64,000 nucleotides of DNA from an uncultured delta proteobacterium (lineage in GTDB: Bacteria; Desulfobacterota; Desulfobacteria; Desulfobacterales; JAFDCJ01), in contig CAVYNY010000016.1 of NCBI GenBank assembly GCA_963769935.1, positions 328,209-392,208 of the forward strand, read 5' to 3'. Below, one piece after another: positions 21,157-31,503 of the stretch. Below the pieces are notes generated by a model. It searched no databases. It saw nothing but the letters and a program-made list of their open reading frames with translations, and had not been told where the DNA came from. The position numbers were made by a program, and so were the translations under genes. Numbering within the stretch: the first letter of the stretch is position 1; each line of letters starts with the position of its first letter.

Positions 21157-21387
21157 ATGCAAACTGCAAAATTATTCATTAATGGCCGCAGCCAGGCTGT
21201 AAGACTGCCAAAAGATTTCAGGTTCTCCGGCAATGACGTTTTTATAAAAAAAATCGGAAAGATGGTCGTCCTTTTCCCAAAAGAAGACCCCTGGTCCTCA
21301 TTGGTCAATAGCCTTGATCAGTTTACCGAAGACTTTATGAACGACAGAAATCAACCTAATCAGGATTCTCGGGAAAATTTCCGATGA
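21157..21387 (+). CDS. vapB: VapB/AbrB-family antitoxin
   Basis: TAKLFINGRSQAVRLPKDFRF. Confidence 0.92.
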   Translation: MQTAKLFINGRSQAVRLPKDFRFSGNDVFIKKIGKMVVLFPKEDPWSSLVNSLDQFTEDFMNDRNQPNQDSRENFR

Positions 21388-21845
21388 AATTCATGCTTGA
21401 TACAAATATTTGCATTTATATCATAAAGCGAAAACCACCTGTTGTAATAGAACATTTCAGGCAAACTAAAATTTCTCAAATCGGCGTCTCTGCGATTACA
21501 CTCAGCGAACTTTCATATGGTGTTTCGAAGAGTTCAAAGCCGGGACAGAATCAAGTGGCTTTGGCTCAGTTCATTGCGCCGCTTGAGATCTTGCCCTATG
21601 GCGATGATGCCGCTCAATATTACGGCAATCTTAGAACTCATTTGGAAAAACAAGGAACGACCATTGGTTCTCTTGATATGCTAATCGCCGCTCATGCTCT
21701 TTCAATTGGCTGTACCCTAGTTACCAACAATGTGAAAGAATTTGTCCGAATACCGAATTTAAAGGTCGAAAACTGGGTGAAGGATAGAAACGGACGCACA
21801 CCTCGGCGCTTAGCGCAAACCGCGCAAATTCTCCCGTCTGGATGA
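21384..21845 (+). CDS. vapC: VapC PIN-domain toxin (C-terminus possibly read-through)
   Basis: MLDTNICIY, DMLIAAHA, LVTNNVKEF; ATGA overlap with vapB. Confidence 0.92.
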   Translation: MKFMLDTNICIYIIKRKPPVVIEHFRQTKISQIGVSAITLSELSYGVSKSSKPGQNQVALAQFIAPLEILPYGDDAAQYYGNLRTHLEKQGTTIGSLDMLIAAHALSIGCTLVTNNVKEFVRIPNLKVENWVKDRNGRTPRRLAQTAQILPSG

Positions 21846-21847
21846 GT

Positions 21848-22270
21848 TCATGGTTCGCGATCTTCTTCATACCAGTCTATCTCTTCCCATTCTTCCCAAG
21901 TCACGCCGAATGGAGCTCCTCCCGGTGTGTATCCGGCAATGTAGGCAAAATTCTCGTCGGAGTCCGGTTCAATTCCATGATAGGCATCGAACTCAAGGCG
22001 GCTGATTGGCATATGTATTTTCTCATCCTGGAGCTCTCGTGATATGGTCTCACGCAGCCGTGCAAGATAGACGGCATCAAATTTCACGCCAAGTGCGGTA
22101 AGGTCAAAAATGGCACACTCCCAGTCGATCCCGAAATATTTTCGGTATTTCTTCAGCATGTTCGATGGCTTGCCCCTATGTACCACAGCCCAGTCGGGTC
22201 CTTTGGCTAAACGGCGCTCTCGTCCTTTGAGCTTCTGCTTTGGCTTTTTCCTGGATTTTGGTTTAGTCAT
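21848..22270 (-). CDS. Hypothetical protein (cassette-like)
   Basis: Compact ORF with FAYIAGYTPGGAPFGVTWEE; attC-like site immediately upstream. Confidence 0.7.
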   Translation of the reverse strand: MTKPKSRKKPKQKLKGRERRLAKGPDWAVVHRGKPSNMLKKYRKYFGIDWECAIFDLTALGVKFDAVYLARLRETISRELQDEKIHMPISRLEFDAYHGIEPDSDENFAYIAGYTPGGAPFGVTWEEWEEIDWYEEDREP

Positions 22271-22284
22271 TTTGCTCTATAGGG

Positions 22285-22411
22285 TGCGAACCGACCGCTT
22301 CAGTGGCTGTAAAAAAAACTCTGGAGCGAATAGATGATTTTAAACACCTAAAAGCTCCTGATAATAAAGGCCGTCCGCCTTTGCAGCCCCTCTGCAAATG
22401 GAATGTCAGGC
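22285..22411 (-). repeat. Degenerate attC site
   Basis: TGCGAAC...CCGCTTCAGTGGCTGTAAA / TTTGCAGCCCCTCTGCAAATGG...GTCAGGC arms. Confidence 0.55.
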
Positions 22412-22427
22412 GGCATGCACTAAGGCA

Positions 22428-22904
22428 TTATTCCTCAAATGTTACATAAAATTCACAAACGTCATGGCCATTGCCTATGGATTTAACAAGTTCCACGCTG
22501 ACTGGCCCTCGACAGACTAAAGAAAAAAGGCTCTCCATCATGCCTTGCGAACATAAACAATGGACCGGATTAGGCTTGGCAAGACCAGCTTTGACAAGGG
22601 TGCAGTTACATTCTTCGAGAATCAGATGAGCCGTATTGCCTTGTTTTTCCCAAAGATTGCTGAGATTATGGTTTTGTGATCGCCGCTTGTTCATAGCCTC
22701 GAGAAGCTCGTCAACAGATTCTGGAATTTTTCCAAGAACTTGCCTGCAGTCATCAAAGAGTTGAACTGAACATTTTTCTCCAGCCGCTTTCATCACTGCT
22801 TTAGTCAGATCCTGATTGCCATGTCCGGCAAGACAAGTCTCCAAAGCTTCAATCCAGTTCAGGTTCAGCTCAACAGCTTTTTGTGGAATTCCATCTTTGA
22901 CCAT
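22428..22904 (-). CDS. Cys-rich hypothetical protein (V4R-like/DUF6144-like)
   Basis: CNC, HCLCS, C-terminal SIGNGHDVCEF. Confidence 0.6.
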   Translation of the reverse strand: MVKDGIPQKAVELNLNWIEALETCLAGHGNQDLTKAVMKAAGEKCSVQLFDDCRQVLGKIPESVDELLEAMNKRRSQNHNLSNLWEKQGNTAHLILEECNCTLVKAGLAKPNPVHCLCSQGMMESLFSLVCRGPVSVELVKSIGNGHDVCEFYVTFEE

Positions 22905-23043
22905 CGTTGTTTCTCCTTGAAAGAAACCCTAACTTGTGGCCTAAGTACACCCATTTATAATTACGATGACGTATTCACAGTAAAATTCTTCCACCACTGA
23001 GTCAAGATTCAATTCGTTCATCTTCATGCCTATTCGAATGCTT

Positions 23044-24024
23044 TTAGTATGGGCCACGGATTTGGCTGTGAATGCTGTTCAGGTACATATCGGAAAGCAC
23101 CTGGTGAAGCGCTGCCGGAAGCGGGGGGATCTCCGAAACCGCGGCATTTGTTCTTGCCTGTTCCGGGGAACTGGCGCCCGGAATAATCACCGAGACGGCA
23201 TCGTGGTCGAGGATCCAGCGCAGCGCCAATTGGATCATGGACATGCCCTCCGGAAGCACCGCTTTGATCCTGTCGGCCAGCTCGACACCCGTTTCGAAAG
23301 GCAGGCCGGCAAAGGTTTCGCCGACGTTAAAGAACCGGCCATCCCGATTGTAATTCCGGTGGTCCGTTTTCGCAAACGTCGTGTTTTTAGTGAATTTTCC
23401 ACTTAGCAGGCCACTGGCAAGGGGCAGACGCACGATGATGCCGACGCCTCTGGATTTTGCCTGGGGAAGCAGCTCCGAAGCGAGTTTCTGGCGGAAAATA
23501 TTGAAAATGACCTGCAGGGAAAGCAGTTCATCCTGCTCCAGGCAGAGCAATCCTTCCGCTACGGTTTCCACACTGGCGCCGAATTCCCTGATCAGACCTT
23601 CCTGCTTGAGCTTGCGCAGCCAATCAAAGATTTCCCCCTGCCGGAGAACCTCCGGCGGAACGCAGTGCAGCTGCAGAAGATCAAGACTGTTCGCGCCAAG
23701 TCTTTTGAGTGACCCCTCCACCGAGCGGCGCAGGATGTCTTCCGAATAGTTGTCCGGATAGACATCATCCCCGCGGCCGAACTTGGTTGCCACGGTTACG
23801 GGACTGGGACACTGCTTGAGAAAGCGCCCGATCAGATTTTCGCTGCGCCCTGCCCCATACACATTGGCGGTGTCGAAGAAGTTGACGCCGTTTGCCACAG
23901 CCGCTGCCATAATGGACATCGCCGTCTCTTCCTGCATGTCGCCGAAATCACCGCCGAACTGCCAGCAGCCAAGACCGACTTCGCCGATGTGAAAACCATC
24001 TTTACCCAGTTGTCGTGTTTTCAT
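23044..24024 (-). CDS. Aldo/keto reductase
   Basis: GLGCWQFGG, FDTANVYG, DLLQLH, IIPGAS. Confidence 0.93.
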   Translation of the reverse strand: MKTRQLGKDGFHIGEVGLGCWQFGGDFGDMQEETAMSIMAAAVANGVNFFDTANVYGAGRSENLIGRFLKQCPSPVTVATKFGRGDDVYPDNYSEDILRRSVEGSLKRLGANSLDLLQLHCVPPEVLRQGEIFDWLRKLKQEGLIREFGASVETVAEGLLCLEQDELLSLQVIFNIFRQKLASELLPQAKSRGVGIIVRLPLASGLLSGKFTKNTTFAKTDHRNYNRDGRFFNVGETFAGLPFETGVELADRIKAVLPEGMSMIQLALRWILDHDAVSVIIPGASSPEQARTNAAVSEIPPLPAALHQVLSDMYLNSIHSQIRGPY

Positions 24025-24464
24025 ATTTTACCTTCTTTTGTTTGTCAATTTCACCGCAGCGCTGAGCACGCAGAGAAATTGTGTTATTTTTTTGCTTTCA
24101 GGTGAGAGGGTGGAAACCAAAAATCAGCAACCCTTAGGAACCTTAACTTGCTGCTGTGAACAAGATATCGCATAAGTGGCTTGATTATCTATCAAGGCTC
24201 AAGACTTAAGGGGTTAATTAGCGCATTTGTCAAAATTAATCAATCATATGCCGAATTGTGCCCTTCCAAGTTTGCAGAACCCTGGGAATCGGGGAGACGG
24301 AGACGGCGTGAAACGCCAGCTCATAGTTCATAGCTGATAGACAAAGGCTCAAAGGAAAAAGCCCTTTTCGTTTCCGCTGTCCGAACTTCCCAATAGTTAC
24401 TCGGAAGAATCGTATAGCTGATGCTGGCGCGTTCCCCGCGTTTCAGCTCCAGCGTTCCCGTGCC

Positions 24465-24587
24465 TGCGATGCGGAAATGCGGAGTTGCCGGAATTCGCCC
24501 AACCGAAAGGTTTGCTTTGATAATCATCTGCTTCGCGCTTTTTAACCGTACAAATTCGCCCGTCAACTGCCACCTCGGCATTCGGCG
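24465..24587 (-). repeat. Degenerate attC site
   Basis: Minus-strand GTGG(C)AGTTG(A)CGG pairs with CCGGCAACTCCGC. Confidence 0.45.
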
Positions 24588-24681
24588 TAAAAATTAAATG
24601 AAAATGATTTTTACAGACCCGATCCGGAAATTGTGTTATAGTACAAAGCGTAATGCAAAAATATGTATTTGTGGAGAAAAA

Positions 24682-24906
24682 ATGAAACAATTTAAGATAG
24701 TTGTCGAAAAGCATCCTGATACATACGTCGCTTATCCGCTCGGCATTAAAGGGGTAGTAGTTGGGCAAGGGGAGACATATGAGGCCGCATTAGCTGATGT
24801 CAAATCGGCTATTAAATTCCATATCGATACTTTTGGCGCTGACCAAATCGAAACCGACCCACAGATTTTGGAAGCTTTTATTGCCGAAACGGGGATAGCC
24901 GTTTGA
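24682..24906 (+). CDS. hicB: HicB family antitoxin
   Basis: VVGQGETYEAALADVKSAIKFH. Confidence 0.85.
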   Translation: MKQFKIVVEKHPDTYVAYPLGIKGVVVGQGETYEAALADVKSAIKFHIDTFGADQIETDPQILEAFIAETGIAV

Positions 24907-25142
24907 TATCGCAATTTCCCGCAGATGCTCCAATTAGAAAAGTGATGAAAGCCCTGGAGCGTTTAGGATTCACTGTGGTTCGTGAAGGGAATCATATCGC
25001 CATGATAAAAGAAAACCCCGATGGAACTCGAACTCCCCTTACGATGCCCAATCATCCAACAATAAAGAAATCCACCCTACGAACTATCCTGGCCCAGGCA
25101 AAAATTTCAAGAGACGACTTTCTTGAAACATATGACTCCTAA
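24903..25142 (+). CDS. hicA: HicA family toxin
   Basis: LERLGFTVVREGNHIAM...MPNH. Confidence 0.85.
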   Translation: MISQFPADAPIRKVMKALERLGFTVVREGNHIAMIKENPDGTRTPLTMPNHPTIKKSTLRTILAQAKISRDDFLETYDS

Positions 25143-25195
25143 GGAGCTTCCCAACGATTCGATCTTCGCTGGACATGACCATTTGTTGGTTCGCG

Positions 25196-25452
25196 TCAGC
25201 GATAAATATCTTTCCGGTGTCCAACTTTTACAACCCAGACCGTCAATTCATCATCTTGTATAGAATATAAATTGCGATAACGCCCTTGCCGCAGCCTATA
25301 CTCTCTGGCCCTGTCAATTTATAGCATCCGGAGGGACCAGGATCTTCGGCAAGCGCTTCGATGCGTTCGAGAATTTTTTTCAAATCCTTCTTGGGGATTA
25401 CATAAAAATCCTTCTCCACCGACTTTTTGAAAAAAATCTTAAATGCGGCCAT
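25196..25452 (-). pseudogene. relE: RelE/ParE family toxin, frameshifted
   Basis: IPKKDLKKILERIEALAEDP... then QGRYR...VWVVKVGHRKDIYR in another frame. Confidence 0.8.
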
Positions 25453-25582
25453 CTTTTTTCAGCCTCTTGACCATTTCTTCATAGCTGATCAGCGCTTCAT
25501 CAGCTCTTTCATCAAATGCCGATAAATCTTCAGCATCATCTGAAAGCGCTTCTCCAACGGCTTCATTTACAAGATCTGAAAC
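25439..25582 (-). pseudogene. RHH/CopG-type antitoxin, 5' part replaced by a repeat tract
   Basis: SVSDLVNEAV...EDLSAFDERADE...LKKDGRI overlapping the relE start. Confidence 0.7.
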
Positions 25583-25782
25583 GGAGAGGGAGAGAGACGG
25601 TGAAACGGTGTGAAAGAAACTGAGAAGATCAGAAGAGCAGAAGCGCAGATTAAGAAACGGAATTAGAAGAATGAAACGGAGAAACGGTGAGTGCGGGAAG
25701 TGGGGAAACGGCGATGGGGTGAAAGGGAGATAAATTGAATCTCCCATTCACCGATTCACCGTTTCTCCGTTTCATTTATTCG

Positions 25783-26500
25783 TTAATCCCGGCCCCATTT
25801 TTTAAGGTAGGCCCCGCACAGCTCCTCTGCCGTGGGGACGTACTCTTCCTTGGGGATCGCCAGCAGGGTGTAGTTGAGAAAGTTCTCCCAGTTGATGTTG
25901 CCGCTAGATGTTGCCGGCCCAGCTGCCGCAGCCGAGCGAGTCGGTCGTGGGCAGACCGGAGTTCCAGCCGCCGCTGTTGGCATGCGCATGGGGCATGTTG
26001 CAGACCACCCGCCCGACGTTGGCCCGCAGCGCCAGTTTCACCCGCCGCTCGTCGTTTTCCGTGTGAATCGATACGGAATGGCCTTCGCCGGAGAACTTGA
26101 GAATCTTCTCAACGCGGTCCAGCATCTCGTCAAAATCGCTCCACCTCCAGACGGTGAGCACCGGCGAGATTTTTTCGCCCGAAAAGCGGTCTGCCGGACC
26201 GATATTTTCGCCGATGACCATCAGAAAGCGGGTGTTTTCCGGGAACCGTCAACCCGGCATGTTCGGCAATGAATGTCGCCGGCCGGGCCACGATGTCCCG
26301 GTTTAGGTGGCTGCCGTCCGGCCACATGTAATTTCTCAATTTTTCACGCTCATCCGTGCTGCACAAGTAGCCGCCTTCGGCTTTCAGGCATTCGATCATT
26401 TGATCGTAAATATCCTCATAAAGCGCCACCGCATTTTCCGAGGAGCAGGAGGCCGAATTGTTGGCGATTTTTGAAAGCCGGATCTTGTGGGCGGTCGCTG
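25783..26500 (-). pseudogene. Acylating aldehyde dehydrogenase, 3' half only, frameshifted
   Basis: SCSSEN catalytic Cys motif, FSGEKISPVL, SLGCGSWAGNI. Confidence 0.8.
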
Positions 26501-26779
26501 CCAAATCGCACAGGGCAGATTCGGCCGGCCGGCGCTCACCCCAATGGCGCCGACGGCTGACGGCGACATGGAATGCTCCATGAACACCCCCATTTCGTAC
26601 TTGAGCATCTTTTCCTCTTCCTCGGTGGGAATTCGATTCTGGTACAATACAAACAAGGCATCGCAGAATGAATACCCCTCCTCGGCCAGCTCACTCAGAT
26701 CATAGCCGCGCATGACGGTTTTTTCTTCCGTCTTGTATGAAATGGCAGTCTTTCTGCGAATCAGCGGATCTCGATTCAT
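26500..26779 (-). pseudogene. Citrate synthase/citryl-CoA lyase-like protein, 5' part only
   Basis: TAISY...MRGYDLSEL...MEHSMSPSA; sequence switches to ALDH at about 26500. Confidence 0.7.
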
Positions 26780-26972
26780 AATTTCCTCCCATATATTAGG
26801 TTTAAGTTATTGCCTGGTGGGAGTGGTTTCCAACCACGATTTTAAATAGCGGCCGGACCGAGTTGATCGCGCTTGCCTCCAGCCCGCAGGGCTTAAGCCC
26901 CGGAGGGAAAACCGCTCCCACAATCAAAAAGGACCATTTTACGAACCTGAATAGGCAATTTTTCAGGGCGGA

Positions 26973-27845
26973 TTAATTGCTAAACCCGATAAACACCACC
27001 CCGAGTGCGATCAACACGGCGCCGGCGATTTTCTGCGGTGCATGGGATTCTTTCAGCCAGAAAATCCCCAGCAGGGCTGAAAAGACAATGCTGACCTCGC
27101 GGGCAGCGACCACATAGCTGACCTTGCTGACTCGAAATGCAAAAAGGATCATCAGATATGTGAATAGCACCAGAAAGCCGTCGATCAAAATCGGCCCCCG
27201 GTTGACCTGCCATTCCAATTTCAGGGCCGCGCGCTCTTTGACCAGCACATAAGGCGACAGCAGCAGCAGGGCAATGACAAACATCAGATAAATGTAGACC
27301 GGCGGGTAAACGAGGCCGACCCCCACCTTGTCGACCAGGGAGTAGCCGGCAATGGTTCCGCCGGTGCAAAGCGCCCAGAGCGACGCGCTGCCCCGCATGG
27401 CCCGCAGGGGTTCGAAAAAGGAGTTTACGGTAAAGGCTTTCAGATGAATAACATAGATCCCCAGGACCACCAGGCCAATTCCAATGCCGCCGGTCAACGC
27501 GAGCCGCTCCTGGAGAAATATTACGGCCAGAACCGGCACAAACAGGGGCCCCGAACCTCGGGAGAGCGGGTACACAAGGGATAGATCGCCCCTCTCGTAG
27601 GCGCCTCCCATGAACCAGAAATACAGCGCGTGCAGGATGCCGGTGGCGATGATGCAAGCCCAGCCGGCCGGTGTCGGATCGAGGCTTGGCCGGAAGTACA
27701 GAAACATCGGCAAGTAGCCGATGGTGGCGATCAGCACAAACCACCAGATGAACGCCATCTTTTTTCGGCTTTTTTTGGCCAGCAAATTCCAGCCGGCGTG
27801 GAAAAGCGCGGCAACCAGAACGATTCCCAGGGCCAGGCCGCTCAT
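26973..27845 (-). CDS. DMT/EamA family transporter
   Basis: About 10 TM segments; AYERGDLSLVYPLSRG, SYVVAARE. Confidence 0.9.
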   Translation of the reverse strand: MSGLALGIVLVAALFHAGWNLLAKKSRKKMAFIWWFVLIATIGYLPMFLYFRPSLDPTPAGWACIIATGILHALYFWFMGGAYERGDLSLVYPLSRGSGPLFVPVLAVIFLQERLALTGGIGIGLVVLGIYVIHLKAFTVNSFFEPLRAMRGSASLWALCTGGTIAGYSLVDKVGVGLVYPPVYIYLMFVIALLLLSPYVLVKERAALKLEWQVNRGPILIDGFLVLFTYLMILFAFRVSKVSYVVAAREVSIVFSALLGIFWLKESHAPQKIAGAVLIALGVVFIGFSN

Positions 27846-28461
27846 AAAAGAGGCTCCATACGGATTTCTCTCTCCATTGAATCAAGCAACGGTTAGGGCA
27901 TTATTAGTAACAAAAGATAGGGGCTGGAAGGCTTGCAAGCTTGGGGGCAAAAGCATAGTGGGCTTTGTGTAAGTCCCAGCATCCTCGCTTCCCGGTTTGC
28001 CGGCTTCCCAGCCATTGCCCCAATAGGAAGGTCATCAATCCCACTCTCCAATAACTAATAACCAATAACGAATAACTATTCTTTACGGCAGAACCGCCAC
28101 GCGAACGGCTTGGCCGGAATCAGCCAGTCGCCTCCCCTCGTTGATGTTCTCCAAGTTTAACCGGTTGATGGGTCCCTTCCAGCGAGTCGGGACAGCTCAA
28201 TTCGACTGAGATGGCCGTTCTGTTTCCGAATGCAATCACAAGGATTTACCGGTTTCGATGGTAACTCGGTCGCATGAAATAAAGCATAAGTCAAAAGAAA
28301 TAATTTCATGGATTGCATAATAAATAGTTATTTTTTGAGCCGGCTAATCGTTAGTTACATTACAGGCCTTTTGATATTCAAGAAAATCTTAGAGACAGAT
28401 CCCCGGAGTTGAGGTAGCGATTGAGATCTTCGGGGCCGAATCGCCAAATCATCCGAAGATT

Positions 28462-28951
28462 TTAGTTTCCAAGGTCCAGGGTCTTTTCCCAGAGCCAGCG
28501 AATTCGTTCCTGATGTTCCGGCAGCTTGCCGTATCTTTCCAATATATAGTCCAAACGTTCGTGGAGTCCGACGATCCTGTCATGCAGCACCCGCTTGTCG
28601 GCGTAATTGATAATCTCCGCCTCCCCAAGCGTTACCGGATCTCGGATATGCATCCAGCCTGACATGCTGTCGAACGAGTTCACCGACCTCGGGATAGCCA
28701 CGCTCGGCCAGGAATTGACCGCCGGTCAGCGCATGGTTTTCTTCGGTTTTAAAGCTGCGGGTCTTGGTGATGTCATGCAGCAGGGCCGCCGCCCGGATCA
28801 AATTATAGTTGAGCCGATGGTGCTGTGCGTTTAAATTTTGCGCCAGGAAGGTCGCCACCCCGCAAACCTGCAGGGAGTGGCGCACAATATGGTCCATCAT
28901 CTTCATTTCACACATCAGAAGATAGCACTGTTCAATGGTTGGAATCTGCAT
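28462..28951 (-). CDS. HD-domain protein (one frameshift near 28640)
   Basis: HSLQV, AALLHDITK, INYADKRV split over two frames. Confidence 0.82.
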
Positions 28952-29145
28952 ATTAAAGTACACTTTCATTTCAGTTTTTCATCAGGAATTGATGCGATCT
29001 TGCTTAAAAAAGTGCTAAATTTAAATGCTTCCCCGATTGGTATTTGTCAATCTTTAATTATTGCGCCCCGAAAATCGGAGATTGACAAAGTCCTTACAGC
29101 CATTTAATGAATCGGGCAGCCCGGGAGTTTTTTGCGATATAGTTT

Positions 29146-29219
29146 GTCATTCCTGCGAAAGCAGGAATCCCGAGAATTCGGTGCCGAGTGGCCTGGATGC
29201 CCGCCTCCGCGGGCATGAC
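29146..29219. repeat. REP-like inverted pair
   Basis: GTCATTCCTGCGAAAGCAGGAATCC / GGATGCCCGCCTCCGCGGGCATGAC. Confidence 0.75.
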
Positions 29220-29289
29220 CAATAGCATCCCGGCCATTCAATTAATCTGCGCTTAATTACCGTATTGTTAAAGGCCCCAGGAGGTACAA

Positions 29290-30021
29290 TTGAAGGTCGT
29301 TGTTGTCAGGGAAGCACCCGAAGATATAAAGCAGTTGATTGCCGAACAATTTCCTGCCGATTGGCAAATCGTTACAATACCGGCTCAATTTTTAATCGAT
29401 GAAATCGGTGATGCGGATGCGCTCATCCCCGAGGGCGCCCGGATCGACGCCGCCGTTCTGGAACATGCCAATAATTTGAAACTCATTCAGACCGGAGCCG
29501 GCTGCGACAACGTCGATATCGATGAATGCCGCCGCAGAAGCATTCAGGTGGCCAATGCATCCGGTGTCAATGCCCGGGCGGTGGCCGAGCGCTTCCGGTT
29601 TTTCGCAGCGAACATCGCCCGGCATGATGCCGGTATGCCGATTTTGAACGAATTGCAGCGGGTCGGAAGCGGTGCCAAAAAGGCCGGCAAGGCAATTCCC
29701 CGGATAATTCTGCCCGAAGGGTATAACGGCAAAATCCTTCTGGTGTCGATATCCGGCGACGGCATTGAAAACTCGGTAATCCTGCGATCCGGCGACCTCT
29801 GGCACCGTGAAATACTGCGCAATACGGAGAAAGAAATTCGCGATCTCGGATTCAAAAACGCACGCGTCCACGAATTAGGCGGCGCCTACCTGCGTTTTGA
29901 ACCCGACGGGACCATCGTCATCCATGGCTTCAGCCAGCAGTATGGCGCCTGCGACAAGGAATATGCCGCCAAGCTTGTCAGAGCCGCGTTTGTAGGAAGA
30001 CGCGTGGCGGGTGAAGATTAA
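29290..30021 (+). pseudogene. Chimeric ORF: N-terminus of a D-2-hydroxyacid dehydrogenase fused to an unrelated C-terminal domain
   Basis: LKLIQTGAGCDNVD...NARAVAE then abrupt loss of similarity; no NAD-binding domain. Confidence 0.6.
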
Positions 30022-30109
30022 CCTTAACGTTGCACAGATCAGTATAAATTTTCAAGAGGGGTAGGCGCAAATCAAAATCTCAAATTATTTGGTGCTTGGA
30101 ATTTGGAAT

Positions 30110-31489
30110 TTATACATTGCCGGCGATTTCTTTCAAGGGGCTCTTACCGACCCCCGGCCACACCCGCACCACCCCGAACACGGCCCGTATCCATATCCAG
30201 GCACAGGTGATAATCCACAGCCAGGTCAGGGCATCCGCCCGGGTTTGATCGACCAGAAAAACAGCCGACCCGCAGCAGAGGGTAGCCGCCAGCATGACAT
30301 TGCGCAGAAAACGAAAGTCTCCGGTACCCCAGTGAATTCCGTCGGTGGCATAGGCCAGGGCATTGACCGGCTGCGAAACGGCGGATACAATCCAGGCCGG
30401 AATAAAAACCGCCGCAGCCGTCGGCGGTACAATCAGGTCTAAAATTGCACCCTGTCCGAACAACATCATGAGCGCCAGCGCCAGTCCGGTTGCCGCACTC
30501 CAGCCAAAAACATAATAGGCCACCCGCCGCGCCTGTCCCCGCAAAGCCGGTCCCATAAAAAAGCCCACCAGGCTTTGAGCGGTCACGGCATAAGAATCAA
30601 GCAAAAGCGTGGTAAAGAGCCAGATCTGCCGTATGGCCTGATGGGCCGCCCCGGCGTCGGGTCCGATGCGGGTGGCGACGCGGGTCGTCAGGAGAAAAAA
30701 AGCAGTGGCCAGACCGGTGCGGATAAACATTTCACCGCCGATCTGAAACAGCCGCTGAATATCGCGCACCCGAATGCCGCCGGGAATGCCGATTTTGCGG
30801 TACAGAACCACTCCTGCTGCCGCGGCCCCGACCCATTGACTCACTACGCTCGCCAGCGCAGCCCCGGCCACGCCGAGTGCCGGAAGCACCCCAAATCCAA
30901 AGATCAGAAGAGCGTCCAGGATGATATTTAAAACATTGATGATCAGCGCAATCCACAATGGACGGCGCATGTCCTGCAGCCCTCGGAAGATGCCGAAGGC
31001 TGCCAGCGTGAACAAAACGGCGGGAGCACCCCACAGCCGGATGCTCAGGTACTGGGTGGCCAGGAAGTGGACAGTACCCTCCGCCCCCATGGCCGTTGCG
31101 AAATAAGAAACCAGCGCCAGACCGGCCGCCAGGAGCAACAAGCCGAAGATAACCGCCAGGGCCAGCGCCAGCCCGCCTATTTCAGCGACGCGCCGCAGGG
31201 ACTGCCGGCCAAGGGATTGGGATACTTCGGTTTGCGTCCCAATACCCAGAAAATTAAAAATCCAGAAAATGCCGGACAATCCGACGGTGCCGACGCCAAG
31301 GGCCGCCAGCGAGACAGATCCCAGCCGGGATATAAAGGCGGTGTCCACCAGTCCGGTCAACGGCTCGGCAATCAGCGACAGCAAAACCGGCAGGGACATG
31401 GCAATCAAAGTGGTATTGGGGGCGTGAATAAAGGGATGGGCGCGAGGCGCCGCGGAGCCGGCAATTATGTTAGAATCGGAGGGGCGCAT
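30110..31489 (-). CDS. MATE family efflux transporter (DinF-like)
   Basis: AEPLTGLVDTAF, FRGLQDMRRP, about 12 TM segments. Confidence 0.9.
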   Translation of the reverse strand: MRPSDSNIIAGSAAPRAHPFIHAPNTTLIAMSLPVLLSLIAEPLTGLVDTAFISRLGSVSLAALGVGTVGLSGIFWIFNFLGIGTQTEVSQSLGRQSLRRVAEIGGLALALAVIFGLLLLAAGLALVSYFATAMGAEGTVHFLATQYLSIRLWGAPAVLFTLAAFGIFRGLQDMRRPLWIALIINVLNIILDALLIFGFGVLPALGVAGAALASVVSQWVGAAAAGVVLYRKIGIPGGIRVRDIQRLFQIGGEMFIRTGLATAFFLLTTRVATRIGPDAGAAHQAIRQIWLFTTLLLDSYAVTAQSLVGFFMGPALRGQARRVAYYVFGWSAATGLALALMMLFGQGAILDLIVPPTAAAVFIPAWIVSAVSQPVNALAYATDGIHWGTGDFRFLRNVMLAATLCCGSAVFLVDQTRADALTWLWIITCAWIWIRAVFGVVRVWPGVGKSPLKEIAGNV

Positions 31490-31503
31490 GTGCAATGTTA
31501 AAG

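Noticed and set aside
20802..21308. Low-complexity ORFs over the purine-rich tract
   Set aside because: They arise from short tandem repeats and overlap vapB on the opposite strand.
28083..28180. C-terminal remnant of a zinc alcohol dehydrogenase on the minus strand
   Set aside because: Only about 30 codons of weak similarity; too little to support.
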